A stretch of 46,762 nt of DNA from a virus (lineage: Duplodnaviria; Caudoviricetes), in IMG/VR virus record IMGVR_UViG_3300044452_000142, positions 1-46,762 of that record; one strand, given 5' to 3'. The notes under the pieces were generated by a model that was not told where the DNA came from, did not search any database, and saw only the letters and a list, made by a program, of their open reading frames with translations. Positions 46,207 through 46,762 of this stretch are shown here, piece by piece. The position numbers and the translations under genes were made by a program. The first letter of the stretch is position 1; every line of letters begins with the position of its first letter.

Positions 46207-46250
46207 GCTTGTCGTGCGCTTGTCGTGCGCTTGTCGTGCGCTTGTCGTGC
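46207..46250. repeat. 4 x 11-bp perfect tandem repeat GCTTGTCGTGC
   Basis: Read directly from the sequence, with degenerate copies to the left. Confidence 0.9.
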
Positions 46251-46281
46251 GCTCAAATTTTTGTTCTTGTAATGTCCATGA

Positions 46282-46648
46282 TTTTTTGAAATCTTGTGAC
46301 AGTGTGACATTTCGAAAGGGCTTTGTGACATCTGATTTTTCGGTAAATGTCACAAGCTTTTGCCTGTAACGCCAATGACTTAAAGGGTTTTGTGACAGTG
46401 TGACAGGATATTTTTAAAAACTTCTTACTTTTTATTTATATACTATATTATATATTCTCCTTTTGTTCTATATTTCTTAATTTCTTACCATAATCCTTGT
46501 TAAAATTAAAAACGTCCTGTCACGCTGTCACAAAACCTCTTAAGTCACTGAGAATGCGCGTAAAAGCTTGTGACAAATCGCCAAAAATTAAGTGTCACAA
46601 AGCCTCTTCTAAGTGTCACACTGTCACAAGCAATTTTTTTTCAAAAAA
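46282..46648. repeat. Long imperfect inverted repeat with TGTGACA iterons around an AT-rich core (putative replication origin)
   Basis: Arms at about 46282-46417 and 46506-46648; many TGTGACA/TGTCACA copies; A/T-rich spacer. Confidence 0.8.
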
Positions 46649-46762
46649 TTTTAAGCGCGCAAATTTTTTTTGAGCGTTTAATTTTTTTTTTTTTTTGAAC
46701 GCAAAAAAAAAAAAAAAAAAAAATTAAACGCAAAAAATTAATTTAAAAACCCCTAAACACCC

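Noticed and set aside
46062-46369. ORFs over the tandem and inverted repeats
   Set aside because: Low-complexity translations of repeat DNA with no convincing RBS.

Overview
This window looks like an essentially complete ~46.8 kb tailed-phage genome with a podovirus layout. It has a BPP-1/T7-like portal, capsid, tail tubular A/B and ejection proteins, plus an APSE-like PolA/DUF2800/VRR-NUC/SNF2/primase replication block. The class II ribonucleotide reductase resembles those of Rhodobacterales, which suggests an alphaproteobacterial host (inference from recalled similarity). Layout: (i) 1-10.7 kb, + strand early/accessory region driven by sigma70-type promoters, with three pentapeptide-repeat genes, a J-domain protein, an ASCH protein, nrdJ, a DNA methyltransferase and many small ORFs; (ii) 10.7-19.8 kb, divergent replication genes; (iii) 19.8-46.1 kb, - strand lysis, tail, head and terminase genes; (iv) 46.1-46.76 kb, non-coding region with a long iteron-rich inverted repeat (likely origin). 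I found no integrase, tRNA, CRISPR array or reverse transcriptase. The most unusual signals are non-coding: three copies of a 62-bp structured intergenic element, two promoter-sRNA-terminator units (one partly antisense to a repeated early-gene leader, one inserted with a junction duplication between the tail tubular genes), a parS-like palindrome over a promoter, and an AAAGTAC motif shared by five promoters. All functional calls come from motif recognition by eye, not from database searches.
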